Shown: in pieces, positions 16,564-25,452 of the stretch
Position numbering within the stretch: the first letter of the stretch is position 1
How the letters are laid out: each line of letters opens with the position of its first letter
Assembly (NCBI RefSeq): GCF_000025945.1
Contig: NC_006138.1
Span: forward strand, 630,001 to 662,000
Direction of reading: 5' to 3'
From: Desulfotalea psychrophila LSv54
Lineage (GTDB): Bacteria > Desulfobacterota > Desulfobulbia > Desulfobulbales > Desulfocapsaceae
DNA: 32,000 nucleotides
Notes under the pieces: model-generated
Seen by the model: only the letters and a program-made list of their open reading frames with translations
What the model was told of the DNA's origin: nothing
Databases searched by the model: none
Translations under genes and position numbers: made by a program

Positions 16564-17760
16564 ATGCGCCTTTTACTAGCACTACTTCTAATGCTTTCCC
16601 TCTCTGTTTCAGCCCTTGCGGCCCAGAACATCAAAGAGGAAAGCCAGACAGTCACCGGTTATGGCAGCAACCCATCCGCTGCCATCGGTGATGCCCTGGT
16701 GCGGGCCGTAGGTCAGCTTAAGGGGGTAAAGATAGACTCCAAACGGATCTGTTCCCAGCTCTCCCAGGAAAATAGCTATGGGCAGGATGGTGAGTGGCAG
16801 GAAGAGTTCACCAGCAGTGAAAAGGTTCAGCAACTGCTCAAGACAAAAACAAAGGGGCAGCTGGCGGGCTATCAGGTCATTGATGTCCAAGAGGGAGAGA
16901 ACGGCTACGAGGCAAGGGTCGAGGTCAAGTACCATCGTTTCAGCGAACAGGGCTACTCTGCAGATAACCGCAGAAAGCTTGCCGTAGTCCCATTCGCCAC
17001 GGGGAAATCACGTTTTATGCTCCTCGGTGACGCCACCCCGGCCGCCAAGGTGGAGGAAGAGTTTCGCAATCGGCTCATTGACCTCTTTACCCAGTCACGA
17101 CGCCTGAGTATCCTTGATCGCCAGTACGGTGAAGCCTTTGAGACAGAAAAAGACCTCTGGCTGAGCGACGACGCAGCCAGCGGTGAAACGGCACGCCTAG
17201 GCAATGTCCGGGGAGTGGATTACCTGGTGGTCGGCACCATCCGCTCCATATGGAGCAAAAGGTATGTGGAAAAAATTCAACTGACCGGCGAGACCATCTC
17301 TACCTATGCGGGCAAGGCCCAGGTGGACTACAAGATCATCCAGGCGGCAACACGCCAGGTAAAGTGGTCTGACACCATCACGGTTAAATTCAGTGACCGC
17401 AATATCAGGAGAATGCTCTCCCGTTTTGGTTCAAGCCAGGCTGGAATGACCAATGCCATGGCCGAACGGGTTGCACAGGAGGCACTTGCCAACATCTACC
17501 CCATGCGGGTAGTTGGGGTAAAGGGCAAGACCGTCATTATCAATCAGGGAGGCAAGAGCCTGAAAAAGGGTGATAAGCTCCATGTCTACTTCGTAGGCGA
17601 GGAGATGATTGATCCCTATACCAAGGAGTCCCTTGGTCAGCTGGAAGAAAAAATTGCTACAGTGCAGGTGATTCGCCCCACCGCCAAGGTGACCTATACC
17701 AGGGTTATCGCAGGCGATGCGGAACTGATCGAAGCAGGTGCCATTATCCGTCGTAAATAA
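16564..17760 (+). CDS. Secreted CsgG-family-like protein with N-terminal LPP20-like module and C-terminal beta domain
   Basis: Signal peptide MRLLLALLLMLSLSVSALA-AQ with no Cys. The CsgG-like core has KLAVVPFATGKS, FRNRLIDLFTQSRRLSILDRQ and GVDYLVVGTIRS. The C-terminal part MRVVGVKGKTVIINQGGKSLKKGDKLHVY... resembles the small beta domain seen at the end of FlgT/CsgG-like proteins. RBS AAGGAG. Confidence 0.75.
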   Translation: MRLLLALLLMLSLSVSALAAQNIKEESQTVTGYGSNPSAAIGDALVRAVGQLKGVKIDSKRICSQLSQENSYGQDGEWQEEFTSSEKVQQLLKTKTKGQLAGYQVIDVQEGENGYEARVEVKYHRFSEQGYSADNRRKLAVVPFATGKSRFMLLGDATPAAKVEEEFRNRLIDLFTQSRRLSILDRQYGEAFETEKDLWLSDDAASGETARLGNVRGVDYLVVGTIRSIWSKRYVEKIQLTGETISTYAGKAQVDYKIIQAATRQVKWSDTITVKFSDRNIRRMLSRFGSSQAGMTNAMAERVAQEALANIYPMRVVGVKGKTVIINQGGKSLKKGDKLHVYFVGEEMIDPYTKESLGQLEEKIATVQVIRPTAKVTYTRVIAGDAELIEAGAIIRRK

Positions 17761-17765
17761 GAGAA

Positions 17766-17796
17766 GGGGGTTTTAGAGATCATCTCTAAAGCCCCC
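17766..17796. terminator. Bidirectional hairpin between the convergent lipoprotein operon and the yhaM-like gene
   Basis: gggggttttagag (17766-17778), atcat loop, ctctaaagccccc (17784-17796). This is a 13-bp stem with one G-U pair. It starts 6 nt after the stop at 17760 and lies 30 nt from the stop at 17827. Confidence 0.6.
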
Positions 17797-17826
17797 TCCA
17801 GCTGTTACTGCTATTCAATTCCCAAG

Positions 17827-19137
17827 CTACCCTTTTTTGTGCTTAGCCCGCATGATCTTAAGGATAGTCTTATCGGTTGCCACCATCCCGTAGTTGCTCA
17901 AGTCGCCAATATTCTGCACGGTCTGTCTGGTCGAATCGCCAATAATTCCATCGGTATCCTTAACGCTCACCCCCTGCAGAGAAAAAAGGGCCGCCTGCAC
18001 AGCCGCACCCGCTGCCGTATTCAATTTTATGGCACAACCGGCCTTTGCCCCGTCACAGATAACACCGGCAAGATCCTCAAGGATATTCTTTATCGCCCCC
18101 TCCACCTGCTGAAGATCACCGCCGACAAGGTAGGTGATACCAGCCGTAGCTCCGGCCCCGGCTGCAACCGAACAGCCACATACCGCCGACAGCCTGCCCG
18201 TGTGAGCCTTGATATAGGCGGTGATAATATGACTGAGTCCAATGGCCCGCAGCACCGACTCCCGATCGGTTTCAATAAAATCTTTAATGGCCCAGATGGG
18301 AAGAATGGCCGTAAGGCCATGATTGCCGCTACCACCGGAACTCATAGCCGGCAGGTTGACCCCGTCCATCCTGGCATCGGCTGCCGCCGAGGTAAGCATA
18401 CGGGCACTGGTAGTCATATCCTTTACCAACAGCTTCTGCTTGAGCAGACGATCAATGTCCTTACCAATACCAAGACCGCTGCCATGCTTCAAACCATACT
18501 CAGCAAGACGGAGATTATGCTGCACCCCCTCCTCTAAAAAATCCAGATCAGCCTCATCAAGCTCATTGGTGAGATCAAGGATATCTTCCAGGGTAAGACT
18601 TCGTAGCCACTCTTCAAGTTCAGCAAGCTTATTACCCGTGGACATTGCCTCGGTGGCCACCAAACGGGGATCTGCCACCTCTTCACCGTCAAGCATGAGA
18701 CTGACAATATTGGTATGGACATCGGTGATAAGGGATTCTGCCACATGACCGCCACCGCTGATAGTGGTCTTTACATAGAGTCCGGACTCCTCACGCAGGT
18801 CAACCTTAACCCGACCCTCGGCCAAAAAGGCCGAGGCCCGGGCAACCATCTCAGGGCTCAAACTAGACAGAACCTCAAGTTTTCCATAGGCATCACCCCC
18901 AAAGGCACCCAGGGCACTGGCCGTATCAAGTCCCGTCAAACCACCACTGCCAGGAATCACCACGGCAAGTCCATTCTTATAGATATTAGGATCGATAATA
19001 AGATGAATATGGTCAAACTTCAGGCCCGGCAGGAGGGTCGCAGCTGCTGCAGCACCAAGGGCAATGGCAACAGGCTCGGTACAGCCCAGGGCCAGACAAA
19101 CTTCCATCTCAAGAATATTTTTTACGCTAAATTTCAT
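17827..19137 (-). CDS. L-cysteine desulfidase family protein (UPF0597/YhaM-like, serine dehydratase alpha-like)
   Basis: About 436 aa from the ATG at 19137 (MKFSVKNILEMEV...), the usual size for this family. It has the conserved GCTEPVAIALGAA N-terminal motif and Gly/Ala-rich stretches (SGGSGNHG, VCGCSVAAGAG). The ORF track start at 19182 adds 15 unlikely residues. Confidence 0.85.
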   Translation of the reverse strand: MKFSVKNILEMEVCLALGCTEPVAIALGAAAAATLLPGLKFDHIHLIIDPNIYKNGLAVVIPGSGGLTGLDTASALGAFGGDAYGKLEVLSSLSPEMVARASAFLAEGRVKVDLREESGLYVKTTISGGGHVAESLITDVHTNIVSLMLDGEEVADPRLVATEAMSTGNKLAELEEWLRSLTLEDILDLTNELDEADLDFLEEGVQHNLRLAEYGLKHGSGLGIGKDIDRLLKQKLLVKDMTTSARMLTSAAADARMDGVNLPAMSSGGSGNHGLTAILPIWAIKDFIETDRESVLRAIGLSHIITAYIKAHTGRLSAVCGCSVAAGAGATAGITYLVGGDLQQVEGAIKNILEDLAGVICDGAKAGCAIKLNTAAGAAVQAALFSLQGVSVKDTDGIIGDSTRQTVQNIGDLSNYGMVATDKTILKIMRAKHKKG

Positions 19138-19293
19138 CTTTCTCCGATGTCCAATGTTAAGAATAATAGGGCAGAGCACCACAGCTGATGATCATAAACA
19201 AGAAAATGAGGCGAAAATTATTCACGTACCATGACAGATAGCAAAGAGAGGGTCTCTCAAAATGTGCATTTGCACAAAACAGAAGCGATTCCC

Positions 19294-20052
19294 CTAAGTA
19301 GCCTGGGCAGCTTCTATATGAGATTGAATCAACATGGAAATTCCGGGTAGAAGGCCCAAGCCATGAGCATAGCTGTCAACGGCAAGTCCCACGTCCACAA
19401 GTCTTCTCTGCCATGAAGCCTCCTCACCAATCATATCACGCCTATAGTGCAAACCGGCCATAAGAAAAAACGGAATCATAAAGACATGGGAATAGCCCCC
19501 GGCAACAATCTCTGCCGGAATATGTGAGCTGTCGGGCGATTTTTCCACCACACCGACAAAGATATTAGCCCCATACTCCCGCCGCAGCATGGCCTCTAGG
19601 GCAGGGTAGGAGGTCCAGCTCGGATGATCCGTGCCATGCCCCACAATCAAAATGGCACTCTCTGAATGGGACAGAATCAGATCCTTAAGGAGATAGGCCA
19701 TTATCTGGTAATCCTTAAAGGAGGAGAGGAGGGGGAGACCAAGTCGACAGGCCATATCGGCCCGACCGGCCTCTCGACCAATCTTATGAAACTCATGGCC
19801 CGGAAAGAGGTGCAGGGACTGAACAACTGCCTCCTTGTGCCCCGCGGCTTCGAGCTCCGCAAGAATCCGGGAAACGGTCTTTACCCCGCTCCTCCCCTCT
19901 CCCTGCAACTGTTTGGCCACCACCCTGCTTGAATAACTCCAGTAGAAGGTACAGTCCGGTAGCCTGGGTTGCAGACATTGCTCAATATGTCGATAGGTAG
20001 ATACGGCTGGGCCTGTGCTGCCAAAGGCGGTAAGGATCACGGTTTTTTTCAT
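19294..20052 (-). CDS. cbiK: Sirohydrochlorin cobaltochelatase CbiK-type (anaerobic chelatase)
   Basis: 252 aa. N-terminal MKKTVILTAFGST and the internal IVGHGTDHP motif are typical of the CbiK/CbiX class II chelatase fold. Confidence 0.8.
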   Translation of the reverse strand: MKKTVILTAFGSTGPAVSTYRHIEQCLQPRLPDCTFYWSYSSRVVAKQLQGEGRSGVKTVSRILAELEAAGHKEAVVQSLHLFPGHEFHKIGREAGRADMACRLGLPLLSSFKDYQIMAYLLKDLILSHSESAILIVGHGTDHPSWTSYPALEAMLRREYGANIFVGVVEKSPDSSHIPAEIVAGGYSHVFMIPFFLMAGLHYRRDMIGEEASWQRRLVDVGLAVDSYAHGLGLLPGISMLIQSHIEAAQAT

Positions 20053-20223
20053 AATTCACCATAGAAAGAAAGATCAGTTACAGAAGTTATGCCCTATACA
20101 GTATCATCTTTGCATCGCAAAAAAAGCTACTTTGAGCAAAAAGAGTGGGAATATGATATACCTACTCTGCTCTTAACGGATAACAATAGACCTAAAATCT
20201 CCATACCATTTCGAGGATTACCA

Positions 20224-21495
20224 GTGAACAGAAAGATAGAAATTGCCGTCATTGGCTTAGGCTACGTAGGACTTCCCCTTGCCGTTGAATTTGGCAAAAT
20301 ATATCCTGTTATTGGTTTTGACCATAACCCCGTCCGCATATCCGAGCTCCAGGCAGGTAATGACATCACCATGGAGCTGACAGCAGAAGAGCTTGCTCTT
20401 GGCCAGCAGCTCTCCTTTTCAGCAGATGCACAGGACCTTGGCCGCTGTAATGTCTATATTATCACCGTACCAACTCCCATTGATAAAAACAAAAAACCCG
20501 ATCTTGGCCCCCTGCTCAACGCCAGTCAGGAGGTGGGCAAGGTGCTGCAAGAGGGTGATGTGGTGATCTATGAATCAACGGTCTACCCAGGTGCCACCGA
20601 AGAGGACTGCGTTCCTGTTTTAGAGTCGGTTTCCGACCTCACCTTTAACAGAGACTTTTTCGTGGGCTATAGCCCTGAACGGGTTAATCCCGGAGATAAA
20701 AAACATAGGGTAACCACTATTCAAAAGGTCACCTCCGGCTCAACTAGCGAAACCGCCGACTTTGTTGATAGCCTCTACAAGAAGATCATCATCGCCGGCA
20801 CCCATAGGGCCAGCAGTATAAAGGTGGCCGAGGCGGCAAAGGTCATCGAGAATACCCAGCGAGATGTCAACATCGCCCTGGTCAATGAACTTGCCCTGAT
20901 CTTTAACCGCATGGAGATAGACACGGAAGAGGTGCTGGAGGCGGCCGGCACCAAGTGGAATTTCCTCCCCTTTCGTCCCGGCCTGGTGGGTGGACACTGC
21001 ATCGGTGTTGATCCATACTATCTCACCCACAAGGCCCAGGAACTTGGTTACCACCCTGAAATTATCCTTGCCGGCAGGCGCATCAACGATGGGGTCGGCA
21101 GCTATGTGGCCGCAGAACTGGTCAAGGCAATGCTCAAGAAAAAGTGTCCCATGGGAAGCGCCCGGGTACTGATCATGGGCCTCTCCTTCAAGGAAAACTG
21201 CCCGGACATCCGTAACTCCAAGGTCATTGATATCATCAAAGAACTACAGAGCTTTGGCATAGAGGTAGATGCCTATGATCCCTGGGTGCAGAGATCTCAG
21301 GCCGAAAGAGCCTATGGCATCAGCCCCATTGAAGCACCCGCTCCCAAAAGCTACGACGGTATCGTCCTGGCCGTGGGTCATCGGGATTTTGCCCAAATGG
21401 GTGCCGAAGCCATCCACGCCCTCGGCAAAACACCCCATGTTCTCTATGATATTAAGTGCCTACTCCCCAGCGACCAGGTAGACCTACGCCTATAG
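20224..21495 (+). CDS. Nucleotide-sugar dehydrogenase (TviB/VipA/WbpO-like UDP-N-acetyl-hexosamine 6-dehydrogenase family)
   Basis: Rossmann motif [18 protein letters not shown], catalytic-region [12 protein letters not shown], and a C-terminal UDP-binding domain. The ORF is open from the ATG at 20089, but the GTG at 20224 has GAGGA 5 nt upstream and puts the GxGxxG at the usual distance from the N-terminus. The start is uncertain. Confidence 0.85.
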   Translation: MNRKIEIAVIGLGYVGLPLAVEFGKIYPVIGFDHNPVRISELQAGNDITMELTAEELALGQQLSFSADAQDLGRCNVYIITVPTPIDKNKKPDLGPLLNASQEVGKVLQEGDVVIYESTVYPGATEEDCVPVLESVSDLTFNRDFFVGYSPERVNPGDKKHRVTTIQKVTSGSTSETADFVDSLYKKIIIAGTHRASSIKVAEAAKVIENTQRDVNIALVNELALIFNRMEIDTEEVLEAAGTKWNFLPFRPGLVGGHCIGVDPYYLTHKAQELGYHPEIILAGRRINDGVGSYVAAELVKAMLKKKCPMGSARVLIMGLSFKENCPDIRNSKVIDIIKELQSFGIEVDAYDPWVQRSQAERAYGISPIEAPAPKSYDGIVLAVGHRDFAQMGAEAIHALGKTPHVLYDIKCLLPSDQVDLRL

Positions 21496-21541
21496 GATTA
21501 CCTATAGAAATTATCGAGCCCACTCTCATAAACAAGATCGC

Positions 21542-22354
21542 TTAGGGAAGTTGATAAACGGGCCGCACCTTCTTATCCAGATAATAGGGCATCATCTCCT
21601 GAGCAAGAGCTGCCAAGGTGGCCTGCCGATTAGCCGGAGCGGGATGGGTGGAGAGAAATTCCGCTGGCCTGGAACCGCCTTCCTTTGCCATTTTCTCCCA
21701 TAGGCTCCCGGCTGCCCTTGGATCATAGCCAGCCAGGGCAGCAAATTTAATTCCCATAACATCTGCCTCATTTTCAGCAGCCCGGCTATTGGGCAGGGTC
21801 ACGGCCAGACTAGCGGCAAGCACCGTCCCGCTCATAATAGCCCCCCGATTGTCACTATCCCTCGTAGCAATGGCCATCCCAAGGGTGCCAATGCTGGAGG
21901 CCATGGCAACGGACATTTTTTCTGCGGTATGGTTAGCCAGGGCATGGGAAATTTCATGGGCCATCACCTGAGCAAGCTCGTCATCAGTCAACTTCAGCTT
22001 ATTAACAATCCCCGTATAGACTGCCATCTTCCCGCCCGCCATACACCAGGCATTAACAGTTTCATCTGCATCGATCACCTTCACATCCCACTGCCACTTT
22101 TTTGCCTCGGGATGGCTGATAATCGCCTGAGCAATAATACGACCCGTAATCAGGCGGACACGCCGACTCAGGGCAGGATCCGAATCCACCTTTCCATCCT
22201 TCTGCAAGGGCTGAATAGTCTGCACATATGCCTGCCGAGAGGAGGCCACAGCAGATTCAGGGGAGACCAGCATCAACTGCGAACGTCCGGTAGGGCTGGT
22301 TGCACAGGCACTCAGAGAGAAAAGCATAAAAAAGGTTATCAACCATCTGTTCAT
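21542..22354 (-). CDS. M48 family zinc metalloprotease lipoprotein (LoiP/YggG-like)
   Basis: HExxH motif (AHEISHALANH), a downstream ENEAD glutamate motif, and lipobox FSLSAC after the ATG at 22354, which has an AAAGGAG RBS. The ORF track start at 22471 adds 39 residues with no RBS. Confidence 0.85.
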   Translation of the reverse strand: MNRWLITFFMLFSLSACATSPTGRSQLMLVSPESAVASSRQAYVQTIQPLQKDGKVDSDPALSRRVRLITGRIIAQAIISHPEAKKWQWDVKVIDADETVNAWCMAGGKMAVYTGIVNKLKLTDDELAQVMAHEISHALANHTAEKMSVAMASSIGTLGMAIATRDSDNRGAIMSGTVLAASLAVTLPNSRAAENEADVMGIKFAALAGYDPRAAGSLWEKMAKEGGSRPAEFLSTHPAPANRQATLAALAQEMMPYYLDKKVRPVYQLP

Positions 22355-22438
22355 AAAAACTCCTTTAAAGATTTGCCCATCGCTGGGCCTGATAGGATTA
22401 ACATCTCCAAAACAGGATACCCTACAATACCTTGAAAC

Positions 22439-22479
22439 AAAAAAAATCCCCCTCATATCAAACAGCGACATGAGGGGGA
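22439..22479 (-). terminator. Rho-independent terminator of the TRAP operon
   Basis: On the minus strand, tccccctcat/atgaggggga form a perfect 10-bp stem (22447-22456 / 22470-22479) with a 13-nt loop. A run of 8 T follows directly (A-run 22439-22446 on plus). It lies 29 nt after the dctM stop. Confidence 0.8.
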
Positions 22480-22507
22480 TATCTATTCCGAGCAGAGTTC
22501 GTGGAAC

Positions 22508-23794
22508 CTACATCAACAAATTAGGCAACCACAGTACGATTTGCGGGCAGAAGGTGATCAACAGAATCACACCGATGGTAACCGCACAGAAGGGCAGGGC
22601 CTTCACGGAAATTTTCTCAATTGAGACATCGGCAATACCCGAGGCAATAAATATATTTTCCCCCAGAGGCGGTGTAGAGAAACCAACACCACAACAACAA
22701 ACCAGAACAACACCAAAGTGAATTGGGTCAACCCCAAATGCTGTCATTACAGGAAGCAGTACAGGAGTTACCAAGAGGATGATGGCCAGGGTCTCCATGA
22801 ACATACCAAAGAAAAGGAGAAGGATAAGAACAAATATCCAAACCAGATTTACATTGGTTGTCATGGTCAAAAGCCACTCTACGATCTGATTGGGAATACG
22901 GTACTGAATGAGCAAACGACCAAAGGCATAGGCGGTAAACATGATAACAAGAACACGACCGGTAATCCAAGAGGTGGTCTCGAGACATTTCTGCACAGAC
23001 TTGAAGGTAAGTTCACGATAAATAAAGATACCGACAAAGAGCACATAGAAGATTGCTACGATAGCAGCCTCTGTAGGGGTAAAGATACCAGTATAGATAC
23101 CACCGAGGATAACAACCGGGGCCATGATAGCCCAAAAGCCATCCTTAACAGATTTAATCAGCTCTTGAGCTGACCACGCCTCATCCCCTTCAGCAGGCTT
23201 CATCTTACGACACATCCAGAGATGCATTGCACAGAGGCCAAGACTGATGATCAAACCGGGAACAACACCACCAAGAAACATTCTGGTGATAGATTCCTGA
23301 GAGGCTACACCATAGATAACCATTGGAATACTTGGAGGAATAATAATACCTACACCACCCGCTGTAGCAGTAGCTGCCGCAGCATATCCCTTATCATAAC
23401 CCTTATTGACCATGGCAGGAATCATCAACATGCCAACCGCTGCAGTTGTCGCAGGGCCGGAACCTGAAATTGCGCCAAAGAAGACACAGGCGAGGGCAGT
23501 AGAAACAGCAAGACCACCGGGAATGGGACCTACCATCTTTTCAGCCACGGTGACAAGTCTCTTGGAAACACCAGCCTTATCCATCAAGGCCCCGGCCAAA
23601 ACAAAGGCGGGCAGAGCCATAATAGGAAAGGAGTTTACCGAGGTAAAGGCAATTTGAATGAGGGTTCCAAGATCCTGCCCCACGACCATAAATGACACCA
23701 TGGCAGAAACGCCAAGCGCCACGGTAATGGGTGCTCCCAAAAGCAGTAATCCCGCAAAAGAGCAAAATAAAACAGCTGTTACAGACATACTCAT
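22508..23794 (-). CDS. dctM: TRAP transporter large permease subunit
   Basis: 428 aa polytopic membrane protein with the typical DctM length and Gly/Ala/Ile-rich helices. It follows dctQ by 8 nt. Confidence 0.9.
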   Translation of the reverse strand: MSMSVTAVLFCSFAGLLLLGAPITVALGVSAMVSFMVVGQDLGTLIQIAFTSVNSFPIMALPAFVLAGALMDKAGVSKRLVTVAEKMVGPIPGGLAVSTALACVFFGAISGSGPATTAAVGMLMIPAMVNKGYDKGYAAAATATAGGVGIIIPPSIPMVIYGVASQESITRMFLGGVVPGLIISLGLCAMHLWMCRKMKPAEGDEAWSAQELIKSVKDGFWAIMAPVVILGGIYTGIFTPTEAAIVAIFYVLFVGIFIYRELTFKSVQKCLETTSWITGRVLVIMFTAYAFGRLLIQYRIPNQIVEWLLTMTTNVNLVWIFVLILLLFFGMFMETLAIILLVTPVLLPVMTAFGVDPIHFGVVLVCCCGVGFSTPPLGENIFIASGIADVSIEKISVKALPFCAVTIGVILLITFCPQIVLWLPNLLM

Positions 23795-23802
23795 TCCCCC
23801 TT

Positions 23803-24387
23803 TTAAGCTGACGCCGATGGCGATTTTTCTTTCTCGTCAGAGGCAGAATCATCATCATGGGCGAAGGTTTTTTTGCTTTCCTCTACTGCTGCCTTGTCCG
23901 GATCCATGATCTCTTTACCCAGGACAAATTTGATGTAGTCTACCTGAATGATACGTATACTCATCAAACCAAAGCTTAAAGGAAAAACTAAATAAACTAC
24001 CCAGAGTTGCCAATCAAGGGCGGGGGTTGCATATGGAAATTCTCTCAAAAATTGAATCTCTTGACATCCCTTATAGATCAAAACAGCATTGAACCAAAGC
24101 CAAACGGCATCGCTCAAAAGAAAGCAGACAGTAGAAACCCACTTGGGAAAGAGATTAAACTGCAGGGTCACACGGTTATGGGCGCCAAGTCGCGCCGCGT
24201 AAGAGGCTCCAAAAAATACAAACCAAACAAAGGAGTAACGAGATACCTCTTCACTCCAAGAAAGGGGAATACCAATCTCGCGCATAATGATCTGGAGGAA
24301 GAGGACCAAAACAAAAAATGCCAGTAAAATCTGGCACATGTATGACTCAACCCCATCTAGAATGGCAAGAACAACTTTTTTCAACAT
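23803..24387 (-). CDS. dctQ: TRAP transporter small permease subunit with hydrophilic acidic C-terminal tail
   Basis: ATG at 24387 with an AGGAGG RBS. Four predicted TM helices, then about 35 hydrophilic residues (DPDKAAVEESKKTFAHDDDSASDEKEKSPSASA). Position between dctP and dctM. Confidence 0.85.
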   Translation of the reverse strand: MLKKVVLAILDGVESYMCQILLAFFVLVLFLQIIMREIGIPLSWSEEVSRYSFVWFVFFGASYAARLGAHNRVTLQFNLFPKWVSTVCFLLSDAVWLWFNAVLIYKGCQEIQFLREFPYATPALDWQLWVVYLVFPLSFGLMSIRIIQVDYIKFVLGKEIMDPDKAAVEESKKTFAHDDDSASDEKEKSPSASA

Positions 24388-24412
24388 ACGAGAACCTCCT
24401 ATAAACAACAAT

Positions 24413-24434
24413 GCCGGTCCACAGAGGGACCGGC
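24413..24434 (-). other. Intercistronic stem-loop between dctP and dctQ
   Basis: gccggtcc (24413-24420), acagag loop, ggaccggc (24427-24434), an 8-bp GC-rich stem. It sits in the 66-nt gap between the dctP stop (24454) and the dctQ start (24387). Such hairpins commonly stabilise the binding-protein part of the transcript. Confidence 0.5.
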
Positions 24435-24453
24435 ACCGTTTAAGGACAAAGAC

Positions 24454-25452
24454 CTACTTCTTGCCAATAGCTTCCAAATACGCGTCAACACGATCTTTAC
24501 CGCCAACGAATTCCAGCATCTTAGGCCATACATGTTCCTGTGCAAGCTTCTTCCAAACTGCCTCATCCTCAAGGGTATCAATCTGAGTACCACTGGCAAT
24601 CAACTCTTTCTTAACCCGGGTAGACTCGGTGAGTTGGAAGGCCAAACAGAACTCTTGAGCATCTTTACCAGCCTTGGTCACGATATCTCTTTGCTCTGGA
24701 GTGAGGCCCTTCATTACACGCATACTTACGATCATTGGTTGAAGCTGATAGGTGTAATGTACTTCAGTTATATACTTCTGAACTTCATTAAACTTGAAAG
24801 CCTGGAAGGTGATATAACCATAACACTGACCATCTACAACACCCTGCTGAAGGGCGGTAAAGGTCTCAGGCCATGAGATAGGTACTGGATTTGCACCCCA
24901 TGACTTATAGGTTTCAAGCAATACCGCACTTTGAGGTACGCGGAATTTGAGACCCTTTACGTCATTGATGTTTTTGATTGGACGAATGTCGTTGGACAAC
25001 CAGCGATAATCAGTATAGGTGTAACCAAGTACTTGAAAACCACCCTCTTCCATTGCATATTTGTTGAGAATCTCAAACCCTTCGCCGGTGGTTCCGCGCA
25101 CAACCTCATAAATGTTTTCGAAGAGGTATGGGAGGGTCAATATACCAAGCTTCTTAACAAAGGGTACGGTGTTAGCAATACCAACAACAGCAACATCGAG
25201 ACTACCTGAACGTACATTCTGGATCATCTCTGTTTCACCACCCAACTGACCGGATGGGAAGATCTGTACTTCTATGTCTCCATCTGTACGCTGCTCAACT
25301 ATCGTTTTGAAACGCTTGGCAATAGCTCCCATTTCAGAATCAATAGGATCGCCCATACCAACGCGAAGAATCTTGCTTGGAGCCGCCATGGCGGGGGCTG
25401 TCAAGGCAAAAAGCGCGCACATACAAAGAACTAAACTTTTTTTACTCAGCAT
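24454..25452 (-). CDS. dctP: TRAP transporter substrate-binding protein (DctP family)
   Basis: 332 aa, signal peptide MLSKKSLVLCMCALFALTAPAMA, and DctP-like length and pattern. First gene of the dctPQM order on the minus strand. Confidence 0.9.
   Translation of the reverse strand: MLSKKSLVLCMCALFALTAPAMAAPSKILRVGMGDPIDSEMGAIAKRFKTIVEQRTDGDIEVQIFPSGQLGGETEMIQNVRSGSLDVAVVGIANTVPFVKKLGILTLPYLFENIYEVVRGTTGEGFEILNKYAMEEGGFQVLGYTYTDYRWLSNDIRPIKNINDVKGLKFRVPQSAVLLETYKSWGANPVPISWPETFTALQQGVVDGQCYGYITFQAFKFNEVQKYITEVHYTYQLQPMIVSMRVMKGLTPEQRDIVTKAGKDAQEFCLAFQLTESTRVKKELIASGTQIDTLEDEAVWKKLAQEHVWPKMLEFVGGKDRVDAYLEAIGKK

Noticed and set aside
17839-18537. 232-aa plus-strand ORF antisense to the cysteine desulfidase gene
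   Set aside because: It is embedded in a well-supported minus-strand gene, and its translation is Arg/Gly/His/Thr-rich without structure.
20089-20223. 45-codon N-terminal extension of the nucleotide-sugar dehydrogenase from the ATG at 20089
   Set aside because: There is no RBS before 20089, and the extension precedes the Rossmann GxGxxG by about 55 residues, which is atypical for this family. The GTG at 20224 has GAGGA upstream. I keep it as an uncertainty rather than a separate feature.
21490-21507. 7-bp AT-rich hairpin (ctatagg-atta-cctatag) overlapping the stop codon of the sugar dehydrogenase gene
   Set aside because: The stem is short and AT-rich with no adjacent U-tract on either strand. 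That is too weak to call a terminator for the convergent gene pair.
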